From NCBI GenBank assembly GCA_964349215.1, contig CAYGGL010000001.1, positions 4,942 to 49,448 of the forward strand: DNA of 44,507 nt, written 5' to 3'. This document shows positions 36,297 through 44,507 of this stretch, piece by piece (within the stretch, counting starts at the first letter, position 1; the number at the start of each line of letters is the position of its first letter). The DNA comes from an uncultured Acidimicrobiaceae bacterium (GTDB taxonomy: Bacteria > Actinomycetota > Acidimicrobiia > Acidimicrobiales > CADCSY01). The translations under genes and the position numbers were made by a program. Below the pieces are notes generated by a model, which did not search any database, was not told the DNA's origin, and saw only the letters and a program-made list of their open reading frames with translations.

Positions 36297-38600
36297 ATGG
36301 CGAGTTTGCAGGGTCAAAGGGTTGTCCGGCGTGAAGATCATGCCCTCTTAACCAGAGGTGGCACTTACGTAGCCGATGTACGTGATCCTATTTTGGACGG
36401 AGCAGCGCACGTCACGTTTGTTCGTTCGACTATGGCGCATGCACGTATAACGGGCATCGACATAGAAGGTGCTCGTAAGGCTCCTGGGGTAGTGGGTGTA
36501 TTTACTGCGGCAGATCTCAACTTGGGGTATTCCCCAATGGCGGTGCCCATTCTGCCTGCCGCCATGGCTCGCCCTTGGTTGGCCTCAGATGTTGTGCGAT
36601 TCGTCGGTGAACCTATCGCTGTAATTTTGACCGAGCGCCAAGACCAGGGCGAAGACGCTGTTGAACAAGTGATCATCGATTACGAACCATTGCCCTCAGT
36701 GGTGAACCCTGAAGATGCCCTTAAAGACGAGGTCCTTCTCTTTCCGGAATATGGCAGCAACACCGCCGCAGTGTTTGGAGATGAGGCCGACGGGTCAGAG
36801 TTTGAAGGCTGCGAGGTGGTCGTCAGCGAGCGCATAGTCAATCAACGCGTTGCGGCTGCTCCCCTGGAGGTGCGTAGTGCAGCGGCTGGTTTGGGCCCAG
36901 ATGGCAGACTCAACGTTTGGCTGAGCACCCAAGGCCCTCAGTCTGCGCGGTATGCGATCACCAAAGCTTTTGGGTGGGAGCTGGAGAGCGTTCGAGTGAT
37001 TGCTCCAGATGTCGGCGGAGGATTTGGAGCAAAGATTGGTCTTTATCCTGAAGAGGGATTGGTTGCTTACCTGGCGAGGCATTTGAATAAGCCGCTGCGG
37101 TGGCTCGAAACTCGCTCAGAAAATATGTTGGCGATGGGTCACGGGCGCGGCCAGACTCAAAAGGTCACTATTGGAGGCCGAAGTGACGGAACCGTCTTGG
37201 CTTATCGGCTCGATGTCATCCAAGAAGCTGGTGCTTATCCCAGCATGGGGGCATTCCTTCCTTACATGACCAGGGTGATGGCGGCAGGTGTATATGCCAT
37301 TCCCAAGGTCGCATGTCACGCCGTGAGCGTGGTTACAAATACGATGACTACAGTTGCTTACAGGGGGGCGGGAAGGCCCGAAGCCACCGCCGCAATCGAA
37401 CGCGCTATGGATCTCTTTGCAAAAGAGATAGGGATGAGCCCAGTAGAGGTTCGCAAGCGGAATCTAATTGATGCGGCGTCGTTTCCGCATACAACACCTA
37501 CTGGTGCGACCTATGACAATGGTGATTATCGCCGAGCGCTTGATCTTGTTCTCGAGGCAGCAGGCTATGAAGACCTGTTGGCCCAACAGGGTGAAAGACG
37601 AGCAAGTGGTGCGATCAATCAAATTGGAATCGGCATTGCGCTTTATGTCGAAATAACCGCCGGCCCAACTGCCGGCAAAGAAAATGCTCGTGTTGAGATC
37701 ACAAGCGATGGGCGAGCAAAGGTATACACCGGCACATCACCTCATGGACAAGGACATGAAACCTCATGGGCGATGATTGCGAGTGACGCACTTGCCATAA
37801 GCCTTGACGATATTGAGGTCATCCATGGCGATACTGATCTGGTGCCCAAGGGCATGGGAACTATGGGTTCACGGTCTTTACAGCTCGGTGGAGCAGCAGT
37901 TCTGGAAGCTTCGGAGCAACTCTTGCATGTAGCTCGTCGTATCGCTGCTGAATTATTAGAAGCAGACGTTGAAGAAGTTGAACTTGATCATGATCGCTCA
38001 GTCTTTAGGAGAATGAAAGATTCAGCTGATGGCCCTCAGGTTTCTTGGCAACAAGTTGGTAATGCCGCAGGCGGAGAAGGGGGGACCCTTAGTGTCAGTG
38101 CCGAGTTCAAGGCTGCGAGTCCTACCTATCCATTTGGGGCTCATATTGCTGTCGTCGAAGTTGATACCGAGACAGGCATGGTGACCCTCAAACGTTTCAT
38201 CGCAGTTGATGACGCCGGCAGAATATTGAATCCTCTTATTGCTGAAGGCCAGCGTCACGGAGGCATTGCGCAAGGTGTAGCTCAGGCCTTATGCGAAGAG
38301 ATGGCCTATGACGAATATGCCAACCCTATTACGAGCACCTTCGCTGACTACACATTTATTTCCGCATGTGAGTTGCCAAGCTTTGAGTTGGTTCCAATGG
38401 AAACTCCAACTCCTATGAATCCACTTGGGGCAAAAGGAGTAGGCGAGTCGGGAACTATTGGGGCGACTCCTGCGGTACAAAACGCCGTGGTAGATGCCCT
38501 GGGTAATTTCGGCATTAGGCATCTGGATATGCCCGCTACTCCTCAGCGGGTTTGGCGTGCGATCCATGAGAGCAGCGAAGCTAGCAGCAAGGGGGTCTGA
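36297..38600 (+). CDS. Molybdopterin hydroxylase large subunit, form-II CoxL-like (xanthine dehydrogenase family)
   Basis: 767 aa. The active-site loop [11 protein letters not shown] is the AYRGAGR form-II signature rather than AYxCSFR of true CO dehydrogenases. GGGFG motif present. Confidence 0.88.
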   Translation: MASLQGQRVVRREDHALLTRGGTYVADVRDPILDGAAHVTFVRSTMAHARITGIDIEGARKAPGVVGVFTAADLNLGYSPMAVPILPAAMARPWLASDVVRFVGEPIAVILTERQDQGEDAVEQVIIDYEPLPSVVNPEDALKDEVLLFPEYGSNTAAVFGDEADGSEFEGCEVVVSERIVNQRVAAAPLEVRSAAAGLGPDGRLNVWLSTQGPQSARYAITKAFGWELESVRVIAPDVGGGFGAKIGLYPEEGLVAYLARHLNKPLRWLETRSENMLAMGHGRGQTQKVTIGGRSDGTVLAYRLDVIQEAGAYPSMGAFLPYMTRVMAAGVYAIPKVACHAVSVVTNTMTTVAYRGAGRPEATAAIERAMDLFAKEIGMSPVEVRKRNLIDAASFPHTTPTGATYDNGDYRRALDLVLEAAGYEDLLAQQGERRASGAINQIGIGIALYVEITAGPTAGKENARVEITSDGRAKVYTGTSPHGQGHETSWAMIASDALAISLDDIEVIHGDTDLVPKGMGTMGSRSLQLGGAAVLEASEQLLHVARRIAAELLEADVEEVELDHDRSVFRRMKDSADGPQVSWQQVGNAAGGEGGTLSVSAEFKAASPTYPFGAHIAVVEVDTETGMVTLKRFIAVDDAGRILNPLIAEGQRHGGIAQGVAQALCEEMAYDEYANPITSTFADYTFISACELPSFELVPMETPTPMNPLGAKGVGESGTIGATPAVQNAVVDALGNFGIRHLDMPATPQRVWRAIHESSEASSKGV

Positions 38601-38602
38601 CA

Positions 38603-39067
38603 ATGAAAATTTCTCTGAAGGTCAACGGTCAATCACAAAGCCATGATGTAGAGCCCCGAACATTGCTGGTTCATTATCTACGAGAACAGTGCGGTCTCAC
38701 CGGAACAAACGTGGGTTGTGACACTTCATCGTGCGGTGCGTGCACGGTTCACCTTGATGGTTCGGCGGTGAAATCGTGCACTGTGTTGGCAGTACAGGCC
38801 GATGGCCATGATGTGACCACCATTGAAGGACTTGCGAGTTCAGATGGCACTTTGCACCCAATGCAAGAAGCATTTCGTGAACAGCATGGCCTTCAGTGTG
38901 GATTTTGCACCCCTGGGATGGTGATGGCAGCGGTGTCCTTGCTCGATGAGACGCCAAATCCTTCTGAGCACCAGGTGCGCCACGGGCTTGAGGGCAACCT
39001 CTGTCGATGCACTGGCTATCACAACATCGTCAAGGCTGTTCTTTCCGTAGCGGAGCAGTCTTCATGA
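38603..39067 (+). CDS. (2Fe-2S)-binding small subunit, CoxS-like
   Basis: [12 protein letters not shown] and CGFCTPG...CRCTGY, which are two [2Fe-2S] cysteine clusters. Confidence 0.92.
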   Translation: MKISLKVNGQSQSHDVEPRTLLVHYLREQCGLTGTNVGCDTSSCGACTVHLDGSAVKSCTVLAVQADGHDVTTIEGLASSDGTLHPMQEAFREQHGLQCGFCTPGMVMAAVSLLDETPNPSEHQVRHGLEGNLCRCTGYHNIVKAVLSVAEQSS

Positions 39068-39900
39068 TCCCCGCATCGTTTGATTATGAACGCCCAAGCT
39101 CACTCGACGAAGCCCTGGCACTATTGGCTGAGCATGGAGATGAAGCAAAGGTCCTGGCCGGCGGTCATTCATTGTTGCCACTCATGAAATTGCGATTTGC
39201 AACTCCGACGGTCGTAATCGACGTGGGTCGTCTTGGCGAGCTTTCATATGTTCGAGACGAGGGAGACCACTTGGCGATTGGAGCTTTGACGAGCCACCGC
39301 GATTTATCGAATCACTCTCTCGTCGAACAGCATCTACCGTTGATTTCCCAAGTCGCGGGCCAGATTGGCGATTCCCAAGTTCGTAAGCGGGGCACGGTCG
39401 GCGGATCACTCGTTCATGGGGATCCAGCATCTGATCTTCCTGCAGCAATGCTTGCGACTCGTGCCACCTTTGTTACAAAGGGCCCACAAGGCAGTCGTTC
39501 AATTCTGGCTGAAGACTTTTTTCAAGGCTTCCTTGAGACCGCCCTTGCTCCAGAGGAATTACTGGTTGAAATTCAAGTTCCGAAAATGGAAGGCGTGGGT
39601 TGGTCATTTCAAAAGCTGACCAAGAGGGCTCAGGATTGGGCAATAGTTGGCGTTGCTCTCGTTCATGGAAAGGGTCAATCTGGTGTTGGCCTTATCAATA
39701 TGGCCCCCACTCCCATACGCGCTTTAGAAGTTGAAAAGGCGTTGGCGACAGGAGCATCCGCCAGTGATGCTGCCGAACTTGCTGATGTTGGATCTGAGCC
39801 GACCGTTGACCTTAATGCCGATGAAGAATTTCGACGCCACCTGTCAAAGGTATTGGTGAGAAGAGGTATTGAAGAAGCACTATCCGGCTCACATTTATGA
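39064..39900 (+). CDS. FAD-binding medium subunit, CoxM-like
   Basis: [41 protein letters not shown] overlap with the small-subunit stop; the track start at 39007 overlaps it. Confidence 0.88.
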   Translation: MIPASFDYERPSSLDEALALLAEHGDEAKVLAGGHSLLPLMKLRFATPTVVIDVGRLGELSYVRDEGDHLAIGALTSHRDLSNHSLVEQHLPLISQVAGQIGDSQVRKRGTVGGSLVHGDPASDLPAAMLATRATFVTKGPQGSRSILAEDFFQGFLETALAPEELLVEIQVPKMEGVGWSFQKLTKRAQDWAIVGVALVHGKGQSGVGLINMAPTPIRALEVEKALATGASASDAAELADVGSEPTVDLNADEEFRRHLSKVLVRRGIEEALSGSHL

Positions 39901-39913
39901 GACTGGCGAGTAA

Positions 39914-41044
39914 ATGAACTCCATTATGGACTCAGTAATAAACGACATCGAGCGCTGGCAGGACTTGGGACTAAAAGTTGTGCTGGCTCGAATCATTGAT
40001 GTTGAAGGATCCGCTCCACGTTTGGCGGGTGCAACCATGGCAGTCAACCAAAACGGTGAAGTTGCCGGTTCTCTATCAGGCGGATGTGTTGAATCGTCTG
40101 TGGTTGACTCTGCCCTTTCACTTCTTTCCAATCAGAGCGCGAGCGATAATAAACGCGGCCGAGTACTTCAGTTCGACGCTGCCGGAGATGACGAAGTCTC
40201 CATGGAAGTCGGCCTTACTTGCGGTGGAAAAATTGGAGTGTTCATTGAACCGCTTACAGACATCGTTCGTAACGCTCTCATAAAAGCGCGAGATGCCAAG
40301 TCGCCACTGGCAATTGTCACGATTGTCGAGGGTGATGACTCGGGTAAAAGTCTGGTTGTTACGCAAAGCGCCGAACATGAGGGCTCGCTCGGTTCGCTAG
40401 AGTTAGATGCCAGTCTGTCTAGGGTTGCTCTCAACACTTTGAAGACTGGCGAGTGTCGGTTGGTTGATGGAGAAAATGGATCCATCGCATTTATTCAAAG
40501 CATTGTTGCCCCCCCGCATATTGTGATTGTCGGAGCGGTTGACTTCACTGCTGCACTGACAAAAATTGCGAGGGTATTGGGCTATCGCATAACGGTTTGT
40601 GATGCACGAGAAACGTTTGCCACCTCCGCACGATTTCCTGAGGCAGACGAGGTGGTTGTTGACTGGCCACATCGTTTTATAGAGTCGATTTCTTCGTCGC
40701 TCGGCCCCAGAGACGCCGTTTGTGTGTTGACCCACGATCACAAATATGACATTCCTGCAATCGTTACCAGCCTTAATTCAAAAGTTGGATATATAGGAGC
40801 AATGGGTTCACGAAAAACTCACGGTGAACGCAAACAACGATTGATCGACGCTGGTGTAAGTGAAGATGCATTAACTCGCATTATGGCCCCAATAGGACTT
40901 GATATTGGTGCAAGTACACCTGAAGAGGTTGCTGTCGCAATATGCGCCGAAATTATTGCCGCTCGCCATGATCGAATTGATTATCCGGTGATGGCGTTGC
41001 GCGACGCTCAAGGCCCAATTCATCGATTTCCAGTCCGTACGTGA
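39914..41044 (+). CDS. XdhC/CoxI-family molybdoenzyme maturation protein
   Basis: N-terminal XdhC_CoxI pattern (VLARIIDVEGSAPR, GSLSGGCVE). C-terminal Rossmann-like IVIVGAVDFTAAL...VLTHDHKYD. Confidence 0.85.
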   Translation: MNSIMDSVINDIERWQDLGLKVVLARIIDVEGSAPRLAGATMAVNQNGEVAGSLSGGCVESSVVDSALSLLSNQSASDNKRGRVLQFDAAGDDEVSMEVGLTCGGKIGVFIEPLTDIVRNALIKARDAKSPLAIVTIVEGDDSGKSLVVTQSAEHEGSLGSLELDASLSRVALNTLKTGECRLVDGENGSIAFIQSIVAPPHIVIVGAVDFTAALTKIARVLGYRITVCDARETFATSARFPEADEVVVDWPHRFIESISSSLGPRDAVCVLTHDHKYDIPAIVTSLNSKVGYIGAMGSRKTHGERKQRLIDAGVSEDALTRIMAPIGLDIGASTPEEVAVAICAEIIAARHDRIDYPVMALRDAQGPIHRFPVRT

Positions 41045-41604
41045 AGAGTTGCGCAGTTCTGTTGGCCGGTGGTTCCGGTACTCGCTGGAGAGGTACAAAT
41101 CACAAACTTCTCGCCGAATTTAGAGGTAAACCAGTTCTCCAATGGTCAATAGAAAATGCAATTGGATCTGGTCTGGAAGTTTTCGTCGTATATGGGGCCA
41201 TCGATCTGAGCGCTTTTATAACCGAGCACAAAGCACGGCCGGTGCTGAATTCGAGATGGCAAGAGGGCCAGGCGACTTCACTTGTTTTAGCTACCGATGT
41301 CGCGGCCAAAGAAGGTTTCGACTCGATTGTCGTGGGCCTCGGTGATCAGCCGCTCATTCTTCCATCGACTTGGGCATCGGTTGCCGGCGTCGATGAGACA
41401 CATGCGATAGTCGTCGCCGCATATGAAGGTGTAAAAGGCCATCCTGTTCGATTGAATGCATCAATATGGGAACGATTGGATCGAATGGGTGATTCGGGGG
41501 CAAGGACTTTGATGACCCGCAACCCCGAGTTCGTATGGGAGCTAGCGTGCGAGGGGAGTACAGCCGACATTGACACTTTGGAGGATCTGCAGCGATGGAG
41601 TTGA
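41041..41604 (+). CDS. MobA-like nucleotidyltransferase, probable molybdenum cofactor cytidylyltransferase (MocA-type)
   Basis: AVLLAGGSGTRW, LGDQP. 187 aa. GTGA overlap with the xdhC-like gene. Confidence 0.7.
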   Translation: MKSCAVLLAGGSGTRWRGTNHKLLAEFRGKPVLQWSIENAIGSGLEVFVVYGAIDLSAFITEHKARPVLNSRWQEGQATSLVLATDVAAKEGFDSIVVGLGDQPLILPSTWASVAGVDETHAIVVAAYEGVKGHPVRLNASIWERLDRMGDSGARTLMTRNPEFVWELACEGSTADIDTLEDLQRWS

Positions 41605-42197
41605 ACAACGAGTTCACAGTCAGTGTGCCAGTCAACGAGGCTTTCAAGGTCCTAACAGATCTTGAGCGAATTGCCCCCTGCTTGCCTGGTGCCCAGCTCC
41701 GAGAGGTAGAAGGCGATGAGTATCGGGGCATCGTCAAGGTAAAGGTTGGTCCGATAACGGCCCAATACGAGGGCACTGCTCGACTTGGCGAACTAGACGA
41801 GGCAGGCGGACGTATTGTTCTAAACGCCAATGGCCGTGAGTCGAGAGGTCAAGGTAACGCTTCAGCAGTAGTAACTGCCACACTTATCGCAGAAGGACAA
41901 GCCACTCGGGTGCAGGTTAAGACTGAATTGAGTATCACCGGAAAGGTGGCTCAGATGGGCAGGGGAGTCCTGGCCGATGTCAGCACCAAGTTGATGGATC
42001 AATTTGCGCAAGCGCTGGAAGCCAACCTGTCCACTTTTAAAGACTCGGGAACACGCAAAATTTATAATCCTGAGCCCGCTCCAATCAATCTCACTTCAGT
42101 CGCAGGAGCTCCAGTTGCTAGAAGGGTGGGGCCGATGATCGGAACGGTAGTAGTGGTCCTTTGGTTGCTGCGTCGTCGCCGTCGCCATCGGAGATGA
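41595..42197 (+). CDS. coxG: CoxG/SRPBCC-family protein with a C-terminal membrane anchor
   Basis: FTVSVPVNEAFKVLTDLERIAPCLPGAQL..., typical of CoxG. The tail IGTVVVVLWLLRRRRRHRR is a TM helix plus poly-Arg. Confidence 0.8.
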   Translation: MELNNEFTVSVPVNEAFKVLTDLERIAPCLPGAQLREVEGDEYRGIVKVKVGPITAQYEGTARLGELDEAGGRIVLNANGRESRGQGNASAVVTATLIAEGQATRVQVKTELSITGKVAQMGRGVLADVSTKLMDQFAQALEANLSTFKDSGTRKIYNPEPAPINLTSVAGAPVARRVGPMIGTVVVVLWLLRRRRRHRR

Positions 42198-42697
42198 GCG
42201 AGTCGTCATCCATACCCGACAGAGCCGATGATATTGCGGCAGTTGAAGCGCTCTTGGGACGTGCTCCCCAAGGTGGTTTCAGCGTCGTTGTGAGATCAGA
42301 TGACGGTTCTCCTGTAGTTATATGCAACGACCCCTTTCTCGAAGACGGCAGTCCCATGCCCACCCGTTATTGGTTGGTGGGCGCTGTCGAATGTGAAACG
42401 GTCAGCCGTCTTGAGGCAGGCGGAGGAGTCAAAGCCGCTGAGGCTGCGGTTCCCGAAGATGAGTTGGCCGACGCTCATCACCGATATAGCCAAGAACGAG
42501 ACGCATTGATATCGCCTTCTCACGTTGGGCCCCGACCCTTTGGTGGTGTTGGCGGAACGCGCCGAGGCGTGAAATGTCTTCATGCTCATTATGCGTGGCA
42601 CCTAGCCGGTGGCGAAGACCCAGTGGGAAAGTGGGTAAGCCAACAACTGATGCAAGTGACAGCAACAAACCCAACTGCAAATAAGGACTCGCAATGA
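42194..42697 (+). CDS. DUF501 domain protein
   Basis: PTRYWLVG, HHRY, GVGGTRRGVKCLHAHYAWHLAGG. Syntenic with Rv1025. ATGA overlap with the coxG stop is preferred over the track start at 42161. Confidence 0.75.
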   Translation: MSESSSIPDRADDIAAVEALLGRAPQGGFSVVVRSDDGSPVVICNDPFLEDGSPMPTRYWLVGAVECETVSRLEAGGGVKAAEAAVPEDELADAHHRYSQERDALISPSHVGPRPFGGVGGTRRGVKCLHAHYAWHLAGGEDPVGKWVSQQLMQVTATNPTANKDSQ

Positions 42698-43620
42698 CTG
42701 AAGTAGTCGCAGCCATCGATTGTGGAACCAATTCCACTCGACTCTTGGTTGGCCGGGCCAACTCAGATGGCGGCATTGAGGTGCTCGAGCGCCTTATGAC
42801 CATTACCCGCTTGGGGGCGGGGGTCGATTCCACAGGACGCCTTCAAGACGATGCAATGACTCGCACAATTGAGGTCCTTACTCATTACGCAAAGGTGGCT
42901 GATAAATATGGAGCCACCAAAATAAGGGCAATCGCTACCTCGGCTGCCCGTGATGCTTCGAATAGTGATGAGTTCTTTGAGCGTGCAAACAATGCTCTTG
43001 GAGTAAGGCCAGAGTTGCTCAGTGGTGACGAAGAGGGTCGGCTGACATTTCAAGGAGTCACCGCTGATCTTGATCCAAATCTTGGCCCCTTCTTGATTGT
43101 CGATATCGGTGGAGGATCAACTGAGTTCATAGCGGGATCAGCAGACGCAGAGCCAACGGGGGTGTTATCAATTGACGTTGGATGCGTAAGACTTTCAGAA
43201 CGCTTCTTGCACTCTGACCCACCAAAGCCCGAAGAACTTGTCGCAGCGATATCTCTTGTTGAGACCCACCTTGCGGACGTGACGCGACTGGTGCCTGGTG
43301 CCGGCGATGCTCGTTGTCTGGTGGGTGTTGCAGGAACAGTTACAACTGTGGCCGCAGTAGAAATCGGTTTGGCCAAATACGACCGAAACCGCATCCATCA
43401 TTTTCTGCTGACCAGAGCTGCCATTGAGGATGTGTTCAGAACTCTTGCCACAGAGCCACGAGCCGATCGAATTTACAATCCCGGTCTTGAAGTTGAACGG
43501 GCTGATGTGATCGTGGGCGGTTGCTGTGTCTTGGTTGCGATCATGCGAAATCTCGGCTTCGACGACTGCCTGGTTTCTGAGGCAGACATTCTCGATGGTC
43601 TGGCGCTCAGCCTCATCTAA
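42694..43620 (+). CDS. ppx: Ppx/GppA-family exopolyphosphatase
   Basis: VAAIDCGTNSTRLLV, IRAIATSAARDA, IVDIGGGSTEF. Confidence 0.88.
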   Translation: MTEVVAAIDCGTNSTRLLVGRANSDGGIEVLERLMTITRLGAGVDSTGRLQDDAMTRTIEVLTHYAKVADKYGATKIRAIATSAARDASNSDEFFERANNALGVRPELLSGDEEGRLTFQGVTADLDPNLGPFLIVDIGGGSTEFIAGSADAEPTGVLSIDVGCVRLSERFLHSDPPKPEELVAAISLVETHLADVTRLVPGAGDARCLVGVAGTVTTVAAVEIGLAKYDRNRIHHFLLTRAAIEDVFRTLATEPRADRIYNPGLEVERADVIVGGCCVLVAIMRNLGFDDCLVSEADILDGLALSLI

Positions 43621-43690
43621 TCAACTTACTTATTTAACCAACATAGAATTTTGAACGCGTAACCTGGCACAGGCGGTTAGTCTGCATGAC

Positions 43691-44507
43691 GTGATTCGTA
43701 GCGATCGCATCTTGATGGGTCCTGGCCCTGGAAATCCCTACCCAGAGGTAGCAGAGGCCTTTGCTCGCCCGATGCTTGGCCATCTCGACCCTGAGTTCAT
43801 TGACCTGCTTGACGAAACTTGTCAGCGCTTGCGCGACCTCTTCAAAACCGACAATGCCCTAACACTTGCGATAAGCGGTACCGGCTCTGCCGGCATGGAG
43901 GCTTCCTTTGTGAACTTTGTATCTCCCGGAGACCCAGTAGTTATTGGAGTAAACGGAGTCTTTGGGATGCGAATGTGTGAGGTCGCATCACGTTGTGGTG
44001 CTGAAGTCATTCGGGTAGATGAAAAATGGGGTGAAGCGATTGAACCTGATCGTTTGCTCAGTGCTCATCCCAACCCTTCAATCATTGCCGTTGTCCACGC
44101 GGAGACTTCAACAGGTGTTCGAAATGACATAGCTGCACTCGGCGCAGGCAAAGGCGAAGCCCTTCTCTTGGTCGATTGCGTTACATCATTGGGTGGCATT
44201 GAGCTCGATATCGATGCTTGGCAAGTTGATATTGCTTACAGTGGAACTCAAAAGTGTTTGGGAGTGCCGCCCGGACTCTCGCCTTTGACCGTAAGCGAAA
44301 GATCCCGCTCTCGCATTGTTGAGCGACCCCAATCGTGGTATCTCGATTTAAACCTCATAGGTCGCTATACAGGATCGGCCACAGGAGTTCGCACTTACCA
44401 TCACACTGCGCCAATAACGATGATTTATGCCCTGCATGCCGGAGCAGGCGCAGTTCTGGAAGAAGGCCTTGCTCAGTCTTGGGCTCGTCATCAATCATGT
44501 GGAGATC
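43691..44507 (+). CDS. Class V aminotransferase (alanine/serine--glyoxylate type), C-terminus runs off the window
   Basis: Not in the track because there is no stop in the window. Manual translation: VIRSDRILMGPGPGNPYPEV..., ISGTGSAGMEA, VVHAETSTGV, DCVTSLGG, and YSGTQKCLG, which carries the PLP lysine. GTG at 43691 is the first in-frame start after the TGA at 43652. Confidence 0.85.
   Translation, partial: MIRSDRILMGPGPGNPYPEVAEAFARPMLGHLDPEFIDLLDETCQRLRDLFKTDNALTLAISGTGSAGMEASFVNFVSPGDPVVIGVNGVFGMRMCEVASRCGAEVIRVDEKWGEAIEPDRLLSAHPNPSIIAVVHAETSTGVRNDIAALGAGKGEALLLVDCVTSLGGIELDIDAWQVDIAYSGTQKCLGVPPGLSPLTVSERSRSRIVERPQSWYLDLNLIGRYTGSATGVRTYHHTAPITMIYALHAGAGAVLEEGLAQSWARHQSCGD

Overview
This is a chromosomal segment from a mid-GC actinobacterium. 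The phylum call rests on the gene order metG-tatD-(rpf slot)-rsmA/ksgA-ispE ... tRNA-Gln-glmU-prs-rplY-pth-mfd-mazG-eno-ftsB-DUF501-ppx, which mirrors the Mycobacterium Rv1007c-Rv1026 region. It also rests on two tiny actinobacteria-type ribosomal protein genes (bS22, bL37) that fall below the ORF-track size cut-off. The left third holds a GntR-controlled BMP-type ABC importer, two glycosyltransferases (one fused to a NodB deacetylase), ychF, rsmI, a Znu/Mnt/Tro-type metal ABC importer and ku. Three accessory insertions interrupt the housekeeping backbone. (1) A ~1.8 kb islet lies between tRNA-Gln and glmU. It encodes a 501-aa SIR2-like (defence-sirtuin type) protein with an uncharacterised GAF-like C-terminal domain, plus a 57-59 aa basic ORF. 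This is my best candidate for an undescribed NAD-depleting defence or abortive-infection module. (2) A secreted Lon-like (S16) lipoprotein carries a ~400 aa helical domain of unknown function. (3) A vapBC toxin-antitoxin pair is followed by a six-gene form-II CoxL-type molybdenum hydroxylase cluster. Items (2) and (3) together fill ~8.7 kb between ftsB and DUF501, which are adjacent in mycobacteria. I saw no rRNA, CRISPR array, transposase or integrase. All calls come from reading the sequence and translations. No database search or structure prediction was possible, so domain assignments based on short motifs are provisional.
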